A stretch of 63,944 nt of DNA, filler included, from Intoshia linei (GCA_001642005.1; 5 parts of 5 records of this genome joined end to end with filler, not necessarily neighbours in it); one strand, 5' to 3'; shown: positions 38,866 through 54,173, counted from the whole stretch's first letter. Translations and numbers: made by a program. The notes: a model not told the origin generated them from the letters alone.

Positions 38866-40306
38866 TAGAATATTTATACTTTTGTCTTCTATTAGGGTAT
38901 TGACGAGATTCTTTTAATCGTCTTTTTTGCATTTTTATGGCTTGAGCGCATTTATAGCTGGGATCATTAGGTTTTTTCATGTTTAAATTTAAATCTTTTT
39001 CGAATTATTACAAGCAATTTAATGAGTATAATCAGATATAAACAAAAATTTGATTAACTGTCTTTCAAATTTTGAATTGTGCCAACACTACTTATCTATG
39101 ATGAATTAAAATTTATTCCAAATAAACTAAAAGTAATAGTACGTATTTTTCTGGCTACTTTATCTTAACTACCTGTTAGTTATTAACCATTCATTGCTAA
39201 ACTATAGTAACATGTAACATTTTATTCAAAACTAGCTTGACTTTTATGTACTACGTAAAAACAGCAGTTAATTAATTTTATTTATTATAAACCAGTGGTT
39301 TCCAAATGCCGGTGTTGTGGAATGTTTTTTGAAAAACTCAAAATAATTTATTTTTGAATGTGATGATATTCAGTGTCTGTTTTCGATGACTAAAAAATAT
39401 TTTTATCAATAAATAACGGAATAAGAACTTTAAAAACATAAATTTCGATTCATTTTGCCAACATTGCAATAAATATAAAAATGATAATGATAAAGTACTA
39501 TAAAAACCTGAATTTTTGACCCTGAAGACTCAATGTCGCAAAATGAAATAGATATCAACATTACCTGCGAAAAACTATTAGAAATTGGTTATTTCTAATT
39601 TTTAAGACTATTAATTTTTTAAATATATGGTACCACAGACATTCAATTTTATATAAGTAAAGGATTGTATCTCTAATGAAGATATTTCTGTTAAAAAGTG
39701 AAATGGACCATTTCATTTGACGTGATTTGAGAACTTCATTTTGAAATCACTAACTTATAAATTACAAATTCATAAGCATTACAATAAATGGTAATCTTAA
39801 AAAAGGTAATTTTTAGTAAGATAAGGTAAGATACATAATAAAACAATTCCTGAAAAGTTCCACTTTGACAACATTGCAATTCAATGAAATTGCGGGACAA
39901 AGGTTAGAGATAAATTAAATCTTTAATTCAAAAAGAAAATAATTTAACTGAAAATAAAACAAAACAAACAACATTCAAATTGACGAAATAATTGAGAGTA
40001 CATTGTGCACTTTCACAAAACAATATTATGACGTTACTACATCAAAATAAAAGTAAGATTACAGTAAAAATATTCGGTGAATATGGAAATGAAAATTTAT
40101 AGCAAAATGATTGTATGATACAACTAATAAAAAAACTTTATTGAGCATTCATAAAATTGGTAAAATATTTTCTATTTTCGCCTAATAAATTATTTGTAGT
40201 TAAATTAATTATATTTGAATATAAACCTATTGGACAAAGATTTGTAATAATTTGACTCATGATGAAATATTTTGATTAAAAATTAGATTGTAAAAAACTA
40301 ATTTGT

Positions 40307-43300
40307 ATGGATTTACACAATATATTAGAAAAGACTGTTGCAACAGGTATTTGGTTGAATTTTATTAATATAATGAAAATTTTTTTAGATAAAAATGATC
40401 GAGAAAGCGCTCAAAGTGCATTGGAACAATTAGCTTGCGAAAATCTTGTAATTAAACATGCAAATGATTAAATTATAATGTTAATTTTTTATGTTTATGT
40501 TTAGCCAACTTTTTTTTTGGAATGTGCGAAAGCACTTAGAAATGTAGATTACAAACACGTTGTGCGGTCTGCAGCGGCACTACAAATCAAAAATAGTATT
40601 TACTCAAAAGATGAGATTGTTTATAAAGAATATTCAAACAGATGGTTAGATATACCATCTGAACATCGAAATATAATAAAAAATGAAATTGTTGAAACGT
40701 TAGGCACTGAAACTTGGAGACCTAGCTCTGCAGCTCAAGTGATATCAGTTATTGCAGCAGTCGAATTTCGAAAAATACAATGGTACGATTTGGTTGATAT
40801 ACTTTTTAAAAAAATTTCCTTTTCTTCTTTACATCCCAGCAGTACATCGGATATCCTTGAACAGGCCATTTTGGACACTATTGGGTACATGTGTCAAGAT
40901 ATTCAACCCACCATGATTGCTTGCTATGTTCAAACAATCTTAATGTGTATAGATGTCGGTATGAAAAAGATGCACAGTTCTACTCCTGTGCACTTGAGTG
41001 CCATCAATTGCTTTTTAAACGTTCTCGAGGCTACCGCAGAAAATTTTGCTGATGAAAACCAAAGAAACCATATGATGGATTGGCTTTTTCAATCTGTCAA
41101 TTCTCCCGAAGTTAAAGTTGTGGTAACGGCTTTGCAATGCCTAGTTAAAATTTGTTCTTTGTATTATCAATATATAGGTTGCTATATGGCTTCAGCGTTG
41201 TTTGAGATTACCGTTACTGCGATAGAAAATACCAATGACGATATTTCTCTTCAGGGTATTGAATTTTGGTCCAATATTTGCGATGTTGAAGCGGATATTG
41301 TCAGTGACAATCAACACTTTTGTCTCAAATCATTAGACTCTCTAGTCCCGATTTTAATTAAAAAACTTATTAAAAAAAAGGATGAATCGGATATGGACGA
41401 CGACGAATGGAATCCGTGCAAATCTGCTGGAGTCTGCATTATGCTACTTACATCGGCTGTCGGTCCTCCCATGGTGGAAAAACTATTTCCTTTTATTCGC
41501 GACAATTTACTCTCTGATCAATGGAATTTAAAAGACGCGGCTATATATTCATTAGGATCTATTCTTGAACCATCTACCTTATCAGTTATCAAACCCATAG
41601 CCGAACACGCCCTTGTTCCTCTCACTAATAATTTATCAGACCCCAACAAATCTGTTAGGGATTCGTGCGCCTGGGTCATCGGCAGAATATTTGAAATATT
41701 ACCTTCAATCTGCATGTATCCTGATGTTATTAAAAACGTACTGTCAGCATTAGTCGAACGCTTAAGTGACGAAAATGCGTCGGTCGCAAATAACGCCTGT
41801 TGGGCTATTTTAAGCATTGCCGTGGCATCCGATAATGAATCAAAAAACATGATTAACGATGGATCCAATGCAACATACCCACTTTCTCCATTTTTCAATT
41901 TGACTATAGAACAATTACTCAACTGTATTGATAGAAAAGACGCAATCACTTCTCATTTACAAAGTTCAGCGTGTGAATGCATCAGCGGTCTAATAAAATC
42001 TGCTGCCGAGGACTGTTACGACGCTGTGACTACTACTATGGTTAGAATTATGAATAGGCTGAATCAAATAATGGAAGCACATCAAACCGGTAAAATTAGC
42101 GTTGAAACTGTGTCAGATATGCAAACTCATCTGTTATCTATTCTACAAAGCGGCGTTACCAAAATTAAAAAAGAACAAATCCAATCTGCTTGCAGTCAAA
42201 TGATGGAATTGGTATTTAGAATGTTTGCCTTGCAGCCCATTACAAGCAATCCCAGCCATGAAGATGCCATCATTTTAGTGGATGCTATTTTAGCTACATT
42301 GAAAGAAGAATTTTATCCTTACATGAAACAAATTCACGTGCACATTATGCAATCCCTCAACAACCCCAAAGAAGAGTACATTTGTATTACGACTGTTACT
42401 CTGATTTGCGGTATTGTACAATATCTTAAATCTAAAAGTCTTGAATTTACCGATGATTATATTCGATACATGATTCTCATTTTGGAAACTGACACACTAC
42501 CTAAATCACTCAAACCAGGAATACTTAGTTGTATAGGAGATATTGCTCTCTGTTTAAATGATGATTTTACCAAATATTTAAATTATGTACTACCTGTCCT
42601 ATGTAAATTATGCAGTTATGAACCAAATCATGTAATTTATTATTTTTATTTACATAATTAGTGGATATGGCGTGTTTTTATGTTGACGTCACGTGTATAT
42701 TATTAATGCTTTCGTATATACAATATTCGACACATTGTTTACTGTTCATTATCCTAAATAGTATCACGATCCCTTGAACAATACTCTTACTTAATTTCAT
42801 AATTTTTTGGTTTAGTTGTTATGTTGTTTCCATTAGTTATGTGTTAAATTAAAATCGGGCTGATCACAGCGTTTTTTAAAAATCAAATAAATGAAATTGA
42901 GCATCATTATTTTGGAAATAATTAGTGGTTAGAACTAATCTTAATTGTATAAAATAAAATATTGAAAGTTAAGTTTAATTGGTCTAGGATGGTTATAGAC
43001 TATTGTAGACATCACTGTCTGTGTACACAGCCCGATAACAGGTTGTAAAAAGAAAATTGTAAACTACAATTTAAAAAATGGATTTATCCAGTGAGAGTAT
43101 ACATCAGTGGTTTTCAACCGGGGGATCGCGAAATTTATCAGGGGGGTCGTGAGAATTTCAAAATTTTATGAATATATTTATTTATTTGGTACCTGGTCAA
43201 AACCGCGAAAATTTTAATTCAAATGAAAATTAATGTATTACCATGGTTTTCATTTTTTCAGAAACACAAAAGAAGAAAGAGGTAATAATTAAAGATAATT

Positions 43301-46300
43301 TCATTTTCAGGTCTTCTAAAAAAACTCAAAGTGTAATTTATTGGACATGTCTCGAATCAACATGTCAAGCATCTATGAAATCTTTTGTTGATTAAAAAAT
43401 CAATCAGTCGTCAATAGTAGACATTAAGTCAGACCATAACTATAGGGATAATACTGAATTGGTCATGAAATTGACAAAGAGGAAAGAAATGAGGGAATAT
43501 TTAATAAAAAACGAAACATATCCAAAATTTGCAATAGAAAGTGTTTTAAGAGGAGCAGACGGGGCAATATAATAAAGATAATATTATTCTAATTATAAAA
43601 TAGGATTTATAATTTATTTATAAGAAATGGTAATAATGAAGCAAAATACCCCATTCATATTTGGAATTCTCTATTCATGTTAGCTAACGATATTCCTAAA
43701 ACGAATAATGCTATAGAGGACTTCCATATTATATTAAAAAAATCATTTAATTGCTCATATTACAGCAAAGGCAACATGTATAATGCCTTAAAAAATGCAG
43801 AGGAATATATACGACAGAAGTATGAAAGGACATTATTAAACCAGAAGCTTTATGTCAAGAAGAAATATGCAATTAAAGAAGCAGAATTGCAAAGAAAAAG
43901 AATGAATACTGCTGAAAAATAGGGAATTGAATATGTATTTCATTATGTGATGACGCGTACTACAATAATATCAATTAAAAATTTTCCTTACATATTTTTA
44001 AGCCTATTTTATCCTTTAAATAAAAAAATTTAATTAAATAAATCAATACATCGAAAACCATGTTTTTCGCGGTTTTGACCTGTCACCATTTATTTTTTTT
44101 ATTTTTAATATTGACAGTAACAATGTTACAATATATAAAATATTCCCGATAAAATACAGGATTAAGTAATAGGTTTAATAAATGATTCTATTGCACTAAT
44201 ATTTTCTATCAAAAGCCATAAGTACCTTTTGATATGATATGATTGATTTATATCCAAATGTATTTACGATTGCTTTGAGATTGCTATCTTTTCCGTCAAC
44301 TTACTGTGTGAAATAGAATACTGTGAAATATAAAAACAAAGTCAATAAACAGATTGAATGTTAAGGATGATATGAGGCTGACTTTATCGCATACACTATA
44401 TAGGATATCAATAATTGTAGCTAAAATGCAACCTCAAATTTCATATGAAGAAAATAAATTTAGTTATAATAATAATACATTGCACTGAGCAGTGCTCAGT
44501 GAGTACAGTATAAAATATAAATAAAACTGAATATGCTTTTTTAGTAATTTTATTTATGTGAATTGATATGATGCTTGGAGGATACAAAATAGTGTAATAT
44601 AATGTTTATAAGGGGGTCGCGAACACAAAAAGGTTGAAAACCACTGGTATACATCAATTTGTAAAGTTTTTTTTGTTGTAAATGGTCGCTTTTGTAAATT
44701 ATTTTATATACGTTAAGTTTTTTTAACCAACCTGTAAGTTGTTTTTTAATTTTAACAAAATTTTATGTCTTATTGTACCTTTATCAGCAGTTAATTTTAT
44801 GGTATTTAAAATTACATTACTAATTTCTACTATTAAGACATTTTAACTACGTCCTACATGACAATAAAATATTTGTTCCGGTACAAACTGAAAAATAGTT
44901 ATTTTAACGTATACATTTAATTAAATACATTATATTTAATTGATGTTGCCGAGTATAATCAAAGTTGGAAAAATTCAAAATTTTACAGATTAATTAGAAA
45001 ATTACTAGGTGTATCATGAATCATGATGTGAATATTACGTATATTAAAATTTTAATTAGTATTTTATAAAATTATAAAAGATGATTTATTTCTAAAAAAA
45101 TTAAAATTACTGCTTGGTTATTAAATCAGTGTTTCTCAAACGAAAATTGTGCGCCTGGCGAAAAATTGAAAACAAGCTATACATAATTTCAGAGAGGTGA
45201 GTTAAATCAATTTTTTATTGGTACCGAAAAAAATTTTTTTCTTAAAATGTCAAAATCGAAAATCAAAATAAAACCTGATAATAAAATGTAACCCTCCAGA
45301 ATATTTATATCAAAATGTAATCTGACTAGGAAAGAAAGAATTCATATGATTACTGTTTGTGATCATAAACTCTTTGTAACGACGTGGAATTATAATGATG
45401 TTGTGAAACACAATCAATCTTAAAATGAATGTATCTTTGTACTAACTAATAAAAATGCCCTCAAAATTTGGAGGGAAGAATCAACTAACCTGTTGGAAAT
45501 TTTTACCTGGTTAATAAGATATGCACTTGGCCATGTAAAACGTCCAATCACTTCAATGAGTCGTCAATTGTTTAAAAAAAGAAGAGAATCATGTGCTTTG
45601 AGTTTTATATATATTTATGAATCATACATTTTAACTTTAATGTTTGCCAAGAAACCTACAATGTTCCTAAAATTGAAAATTTGGTAACATCGGACTCAAA
45701 GTTCTGAAAAAATACATTTTTTGTAGATGTTTTATTTAGCATATCTTTGACAACATATGTAAAGTTAAGAGTATCTCCAACTGTTATTCATATAATCATT
45801 AGAAAACTTTCAGTTCGAATAATTTTAATATAATATAATTTAGAAATTTTTTAACATTATATATTTAGTTTGATTATTAGACCCATAATAATCTGGGACG
45901 TTGATAATAACGTCCGGGTTATTACCATGTTGACGTAAAGAATAAGGTTTACTCCTTGGTAGGATTTAATAGGGCTGAAGAAATTAGTGTCAAAAATTTT
46001 TTCTATATTGACATTAAAATTAATTATAATATTGATGCGACTATCTTTAAAATAAAATTTAATAAGATATTAAATATAATAGTAAAATTAAATGGTTAAA
46101 TTTGGGATATTTACCAAAACTACTTTAAAATCATTGAAATTAGTTATCACAAGTAATTAGCAAATTAAATTTAATCAATTTAAATCGAATTTACAAAGGT
46201 TAATAAAAATATCCAAGATTTCAATTGGAAATAAGGCGAGGGCAGTTGAGTTAAAATAACTTAGAAATGGGGAAATGCAGCCTTCTGAACAATTTGAAAT

Positions 46301-47226
46301 ATTTTTTATTTAAAATTATTTTTAAAATATTAATTTTTGAGAAAAATATTGGTAAAAGCGGTTTTTTTGTTTAAGGGAAGGTAAAATTAGGTTTTTTCTT
46401 TTGGGATCAGTTAGAAGGATGTTTTAAAAAAATAGTACTAAAAGGGAATTTTTTCCTTAAGGATTGGTAAAATTATGCTTTTTTTTCATGAGATTTTACT
46501 AAATTAAATAAAATATGCAAAAAAATAATCATTCACCCCAATCTAAAATTTTTGTATTTACTCCTTGGAGTGACCAGTGACTTTATGAGAAGCATTACTG
46601 TATTTGATTAAATTTTATTTAAAATGGTGCGGCTTTATTAAATTTTTTTGGGACGTTAGTGCACCCTTCCAACAGTAAATATTTCCCACGTTTCCTCACA
46701 ACTGGAATAGCATATAATAATTTTAACAATAATTTATGATTATACTTAATAATTTAAATTAATGATATTTTACTATAGTACGATTTACTCGATACTGAAT
46801 CTACCAACGAAATCAGAGAAGGCTGCCTTGAAGCTTTTACTGGTATTATGAATTGTATAAAATCTGCTAGCAAAAACAACATTGAATGTGTAAATGAATT
46901 TCAACCATACTTACATGTTATTTTTAAACTAATCGAAGATATACTCAAAGATGACTACCGTACAGACACTTCTCTCAAAGTTTCTATAGGATTAATTGGG
47001 TTTACTTTAAAAAAATGCATTTAATATTATATAGCATTTTAAATTGTTAATATTCTTAATGTTTAGAGACATGTGTAATGGATTTGGAAATGTAGTTTAT
47101 CCATACATGCAAAATGAAAGTATCTTGGATGTCCTCCGAAAATCAAAAACATCCGCAGACAAGGAATTGAAAAGTGTTGCAGTTTGGGCTTCTAAAGAGG
47201 CTAGAAAACTAAAGGCTGTGTATTAA
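40307..47226 (+). CDS. KPNB1: Importin subunit beta-1, 5 exons
   Basis: Exons 40307-40346, 40389-40447, 40505-42631, 46779-46999 and 47067-47226. Motifs MDLHNILEKTV, LGTETWRPSSAAQ, ALQCLVKICSLYYQY, LQGIEFWSNICD, DDDEWNPCKSAGVC, VRDSCAWVIGRI, LKPGILSCIGDIAL, NEIREGCLEAFTGI and WASKEARKLK. Confidence 0.96.
43105..44646. mobile_element. Non-autonomous hAT element in KPNB1 intron 3
   Basis: Perfect 15-bp TIR CAGTGGTTTTCAACC and 8-bp TSD GTATACAT (43097-43104, 44647-44654). Confidence 0.92.
43188..44087 (+). mobile_element. Mutator-like (MULE) deletion derivative nested in the hAT element
   Basis: TIRs GGTACCTGGTCAAAACCGCGAAAA / TTTTCGCGGTTTTGACCTGTCACC, with flanking direct repeat ATTTATTT. FLYWCH-like IYWTCLESTCQAS and MULE C-terminal PKTNNAIEDFH motifs. 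Confidence 0.85.
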
Positions 47227-47311
47227 TTATTCAAAGTTGTACAATTTGAATTTACCATCTTTATTTACATTAAATTGTCACTAAATTTCTGTTTTAAATT
47301 ATAAGTTGAAT

Positions 47312-48159
<848 letters not shown>

Positions 48160-49015
48160 TGTTTATTGTTACGAGGACACATAATATTATTCATTTTTGT
48201 ACTCAATTGATCTGAAAATTTAAAATGTAAATTTTTCATTTTTTTAAATCTATTGATCAGTCATTAAAATCGTCAAATGAAGCAGATTGTCATTATAGAG
48301 GGGACCATCCAATTACTTCCGATGACCTACTAAACACTAAACTGGAAATAAGAATGATATATTCCCTTGACGTTTCTTTCTATCATACGAAATGTAGCGT
48401 CTGGATTCCAGACTCAAAAATGTCCATTGTCAAATATAAATCATAATTTTTATGTTTATAAAAACTAAGTCACAGTGCCATATTTAACTTTATCTTTATT
48501 TTTAAAAAAATATGTTATTTGTGGCTTCGCGAAAATGAAAAATAGGGACATTAGAAAATTTTTTGCAAACGCAGATAGTGTCATAAAGCCCTAGCAACAT
48601 ATCCAAAGTTCTGAGTTACTTGATTCGTCGAGGTACCCGAAGATAGGCCCCTGTAAGGTAAGTTCACAGCTGCCTGAATGTCGCAATTTTTACGAATAAA
48701 ACTTACGATACAGCATTACTCTCTAATTACTAAATCACAATTTGTGTTTTTTAGTTTTGAATTTTAAGATTTAATTATTTAATTATTTAATTAAACAGTA
48801 AGAGACATTCAATTGTAAAAGTAAAGAATAGAACGAATGATAGACGAACCTAGATTAAAAAATTGACATTACTAAATTAATCGTGATGCTTACAAATAGA
48901 AATATATTTAATATCAAATTAGACCAGGTTAATCAATTAAAATTTGAAAAATTACAGAGCGATAACAAAAAAACACCAAAGTAAAGTAGAATAAAGTTTA
49001 ATTAAATAACAATTA

Positions 49016-52000
49016 ATGGAAAAGCGTGACACTGAAAAAAAACGTGTAGACGACCGAATAATAGACTTGATACGAAACTCAATAAATAACCATTACAGAT
49101 ACATTGTAGCCATATACGGAAAACATGCATATCAACAAATTGAGCATATTTATAATTTGCACTTAAATATAGATGGTACAAGGAACAAAAATGTATTATG
49201 GATGAGATCAAAATGGAAAGACAATGTAAATTCCTTTAAATCTGATTTAAAACTACCCAAAAATAAACTAAAAAGACATAAAACGAGTTCAAATACAATT
49301 TTCCCTCATGCAAACGTTTTGAGGTTACAATACAAAAACGTTGGAAGATGCCTGGGAAATACGTATCAAATTATTATTTTCCAGGTAAAAATTCAAAATA
49401 ATAATTATAATTTGTAATATTTAGGATTTTAACGAAATGACACCAAATATATTGGCACAGGTGGTTGAAACATGCGAAGGTAAAGGGTTAATTTTATTTA
49501 TTATGGATTCCAATCCTGATGAATTTGTAAACATGAAAATGAACGTTCACACAAGATACACAACTGAAAAATTTAAGGATATTGAGTCACCTCAATTCAA
49601 CAAGAGATTTTTAAATTCACTACTAAAAAGTCCAGGTTGTTTGGTCATGGACGATTATTTGACAGTACTACAACCGCAAAATACACATTCGATTCAAATT
49701 GAGCATGTTGAATTTGAACCACAGCCATATTCAAAAAGTCAAGGTGAAATTTTTCGTTTACTCCAATACACTAAATCAAAAGATCAACATTTAGTCCTGG
49801 AGAAGTTATTCAACTTTATAACATTACATGACAAATTATCAACATTTGTAGCCACGTCTCCTCGAGGATGTGGAAAATCTGCTCTAGTTGGTATGGCGAT
49901 TGCTGCAGCCATCTATGAGGGATATCCCACGGTGGCTGTGACTGCGCCATGTGCAGAAAACGTTACATGTCTTTTCAAACACATTATTTCGTCACTCGAA
50001 CTCTTAAAATATGAACAACATAAACATTTCACAGTGTCGCTATCCTCAAATTCAAAGAAACAAGTGTACACTGAAATACAAATCTTTAAAAATCACAGAC
50101 AATCTATTAAATATTATGAACCTAATAAACTGTCCGGAGAATTTAGTATGATTGTCATTGACGAAGCTTCCGCGATTCCCATTTCTACTTTACGTACATT
50201 CTTAAATTGTAAATTTTTCGTTTTGACTTGTACTACACAAGGCTATGAAGGCACGGGTCGATCACTCAAATTAAAATTTATGAGAGAAATTAGCAAATAC
50301 CGTAATGTTGGAGAATGTCAGTATGAACAATATGAAATGTCTGATACTATCCGATATGCAAATGAAGATTTTGTAGATAAATGGTTATCAGATTTGTTAA
50401 TTCTTAAAGAAGCTCCCATATCTATTGACCCAACTTGTCCAGAGTTGAATAGTGTCAGGTTGTATAAAGTAAATAAAAAATTACTCTTTTCCATGAATAA
50501 AACTGCCGAAAATATTTTAATATCTATAATTTCAAATTTTATTACTGCTCATTATAAAAATTCTCCAAATGATCTTCAAATGCTTGCGGATGCACCGGCT
50601 CACGAAATTTATATTCTTATAGACAAAAAAAGATTTGATCCTAAGCATTTTAATGACATGTGCATTATTTGTACTATGCAAGTCACAATGGAAGGTAATA
50701 TTACTGAAAATTTTTCAAAATCAAATCTTTTCAGAGGCGAACAGCCTGCCGGTGATTTGGTACCTTGGACTATTATGAAACAATTTCAAGATTTTAAATT
50801 TGGAATCTTGTCAGGGTGTCGGATTGTTAGAATTGCTACAAATTCTCTTTATTATCGTTTTGGGTTTGCTTCTAAATGTGTTCAACTGTTTATGTCTTAT
50901 TGTGGGATTCTTGATGATGATTGTAATGGTGATCAATGTGACGAAAGCAATGATGCATCTGATAATACTCTTTTAACAGATGTTGAAAGTTTAAAGTATC
51001 TTGATTGCGACTATGTTTCTGTGTGCTATGGTATGTCTTTTCATTTACTTAAATTTTGGAATAAAAACTCCTTTTTGACAACCTTCATATCTCAAAAAAT
51101 GGTATGTTTTATTTATTTGTTATATTTGGTAATTTATTTTGAATCATTATACATTGTAATTGTCAAATCAATTGTATTATTCCGTTTTAACAATTCTTTG
51201 TATGGTTCTTCTCTTTTGACTTTAATCCTGTCTATAAAACCAAAGTTAAGAATGAGTGAATGGATGTTGGGTTAAATATGTATTATCATTGATCTTTGTA
51301 TTGATTATTAAGTTTTTATATTAGTACAATGTAGTCAAGGCCGTAGACAACCGGAAGTAGGCCCGGGCCAGATGGAAATTGTATAATCGTGATGGCGTCA
51401 CTTTGTCAGAACTAAATTGTTTGTGTATGTTAACTGGATATAACTATTATCTGTATTTTTTTTTAATCCTAGGCCTATTTTAATTTTTAAAAAAGGGGTA
51501 ATATGGGGTTGTTCTCGTGAAAATTGTCTTTTTTAAGATTGCCATATGATAATGCTTATGGTTTAAAAACTATCCCAGAATTTATGTTTTATAAAATTTT
51601 AGGATATGTTTAATTTTTTAAACAAAGGTTTATTTCTAGTTTTGACAATGAAGGTGTGCGTACTGATTGTGATTTCCCGGAAATGACAAAAGAACCGGGA
51701 AATTTAATTTTTAATTTCCTGGGAAAAATAGAAAATTTTTATTCATATATAATATAGAAGCATTAAAAATTTTAGAGACCTTAATTAATTTTAAAAACAA
51801 AAAGAAATTTAATTAATGAAATAACACGAATCTAGATTGAAATTTACAAATTTAATTTATTTATTTTAGATTGTTGAAAAAGTGTTTCAAAACACATAAT
51901 ATTGATAGATTCGTCTTTTAAACGCGTTCTACGTTTTGTAACGAAATTAGAAGCAGTATAGAAATTTCGTTCATTTTGTGTTGACGTAGGTTGAACGGTC

Positions 52001-54140
52001 ATAAGTGCTTTTTTTAATTTTAACAATCTTGATGATAGCGTTCCAGTTCGTAACAACTCATAATATTTTTCAAAATAATATTGGAAAAAGAGGATAATTC
52101 CCTCAAACTTTAGTAATTTGTGGTTGGAATAAGAGGTTTTTAAAAAAACTATTGGAAAAAGGATATTTTTCCATTAAGGGCTGGAAAATTAGATTTTTTA
52201 TTTGTGGTTTAATGAAGTGGATTTTGTTCATAAGATTTCGTAAAATCGGATTAATGAAAAGAATATCGGTGTAAGACAATTTTTCCATGAGGGTTTGAAA
52301 TGGTTTTTTTGATTAAATTTTATTAGTGATGGGATTTTTGAAATGGTAAATTTTAAATATTATAATATATAATCATATTTTCATAGTAATAACAAACATA
52401 AATCAAATACAGGTATGTCTCAATTTTTATCGGGAAATCGTAAAAATCCCGGGAAATTTAATTCCCGGGAATTTTGTCCAGGCACAATCACTAGGTGTGC
52501 GTTTCTGAGACTGAGATTTACGACAATATTAATGATTTAAAATTCTTCTTAAAATTTATATTTTTCTAAATTTTAGGACTGATTTTATTTTTAAAAGAAA
52601 ATGGGGATTAGGTTTTTTACACTGAAGGACTCAATTTTTGAAAAGAATTACATATTTGTCAGTTTTTAATTTAACTGAAAGTATATATCAAGTACTGACA
52701 AAATAATTTTTTTACTGCCCTTCCAATTTAAATGCTGACAATTAATTATTTATACTAACACCTTGTAAACTGCCACCTAAAATACTGAACATCCATTATA
52801 TCAACTGACAATTCAATATTTCTACTGACAAACCATCTAAAATACTGACGCGATAAATACAAGCCATTTTATTTAAGTAAGAGAAAGAGATAAGAGGTAC
52901 AAATTAAATTAATTAATTAACGAAATTGAAGTTTTTTATTTCCGTTAATATGTAATTCCCCCCCCCCCCATAGTAACAATATTGTTAACGGAATTCATGA
53001 CACTACGCGTCATTTTCTAGAAATCTTTTTAGGGTATATTTTTCATTTAGGTACATTTCATTAGGCCTCTTAATACGTAGGTTCGGCTCTGCCTGAAATA
53101 CATTGTTGTAAATTTTGTATTATGATTTTTTAAATTTTATTATTAAAAGGTTGTTTACTGATGCAGCACCCTTTTAAACCGGTTACTAATCTTTTATTAC
53201 ATTTTCATTTAGAATGATTTAACTGGTGAACATTCCTCTATTGCTATACGTTTCAAGGAAAAATATCAAAATAATATGAATACTTACATTCAAGGTAATT
53301 TTAATTTTGAAAAAATAAATTTTTCTCTAGATTTTCGTTCTCGATTTCTACATTTATTAAGTTACGGATTTGCACAAATGGATTCTAAGGTTGTCATATA
53401 CCTATTGAACATGTGGAATAAATCTGAAATATCCACAGGTTTATATAATGTTGATATCAACTAAACTAATGTATATACAATAGAATTGAAATATAAAGAT
53501 TTATCCGACTCTGATTTATCCAGATTAACAGCATATACCAATAACCTTGTAGATTATCACATTATATTGGATTTGATTAAAAGAGTTTCAATGATTGTGT
53601 TCTTTAATGAAAATTTTGTAAATATGAACAATTCTAAAAAAGTAATTTAGATTTTAAATTTAAACTAATCTTGCGTTTAGGCTATATTGATTGGAATGGG
53701 TCTACAGAACAAAACCATCTCTAAATTAGCTCAAGAATTATCTATGAGTGAACTTACAATTTTGGCTTTCTTACCTGCTATAATAAAACAATTTTTAAAG
53801 GTAATGTTTTAAACACTCGACTAATTAGTCGATAATAATCTATTAATTTCACAATGTAATACCATGTATATAAAATGTTATTGTTTGGTATTTACTGAAA
53901 TTGTGTCGGTGGTAGGTACATGGGCAGCTAGAAGTAAGCTCGGGCAAATGGATATTGTAGGGCCCTATAAAAATTGGTACCCTATACTTTGCTTAATCGA
54001 TCGTTCATTATCTAAAAATTAAAAAAGCAGATCCTCATGATTGTAGGCCCGGGCCATATAGCTCCTCTGCACGGCCATTTTAATGCTTAAAATGATTTAC
54101 ATTTTAATATAATACGGTTTAGATTTACAAAACGGTTTAA
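49016..54140 (+). CDS. NAT10: RNA cytidine acetyltransferase (NAT10/Kre33), multi-exon
   Basis: KKRVDDRIIDLIRN, CLGNTY..QDF..MTPNILAQVVET.EGKG, RGCGKSA, IDEASAIP, GYEGTGRSLKLK, AHYKNSPNDLQMLADAPAH, GDLVPW, LSGCRIVRIAT, NDLTGEHS, DFRSRFLHLLSY, LVDYHIILDL and ILIGMGLQNK. Short last exon 54123-54140. Confidence 0.95.
51661..52493 (-). mobile_element. hAT deletion derivative inserted into a modular-repeat copy in a NAT10 intron
   Basis: TIRs TACTGATTGTG / CACAATCACTA, 8-bp TSD GGTGTGCG (51653-51660, 52494-52501), subterminal CCCGGGAA repeats, and hAT dimerisation-domain remnant PTSTQNERNF...KRRTRL. Confidence 0.9.
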
Positions 54141-54173
54141 TTATAGTACATTGTATTTATTTTTTAATAAATG

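Noticed and set aside
41311-41949. Minus-strand ORFs of 64 and 143 aa
   Set aside because: Antisense to KPNB1 exon 3, with no independent motifs.
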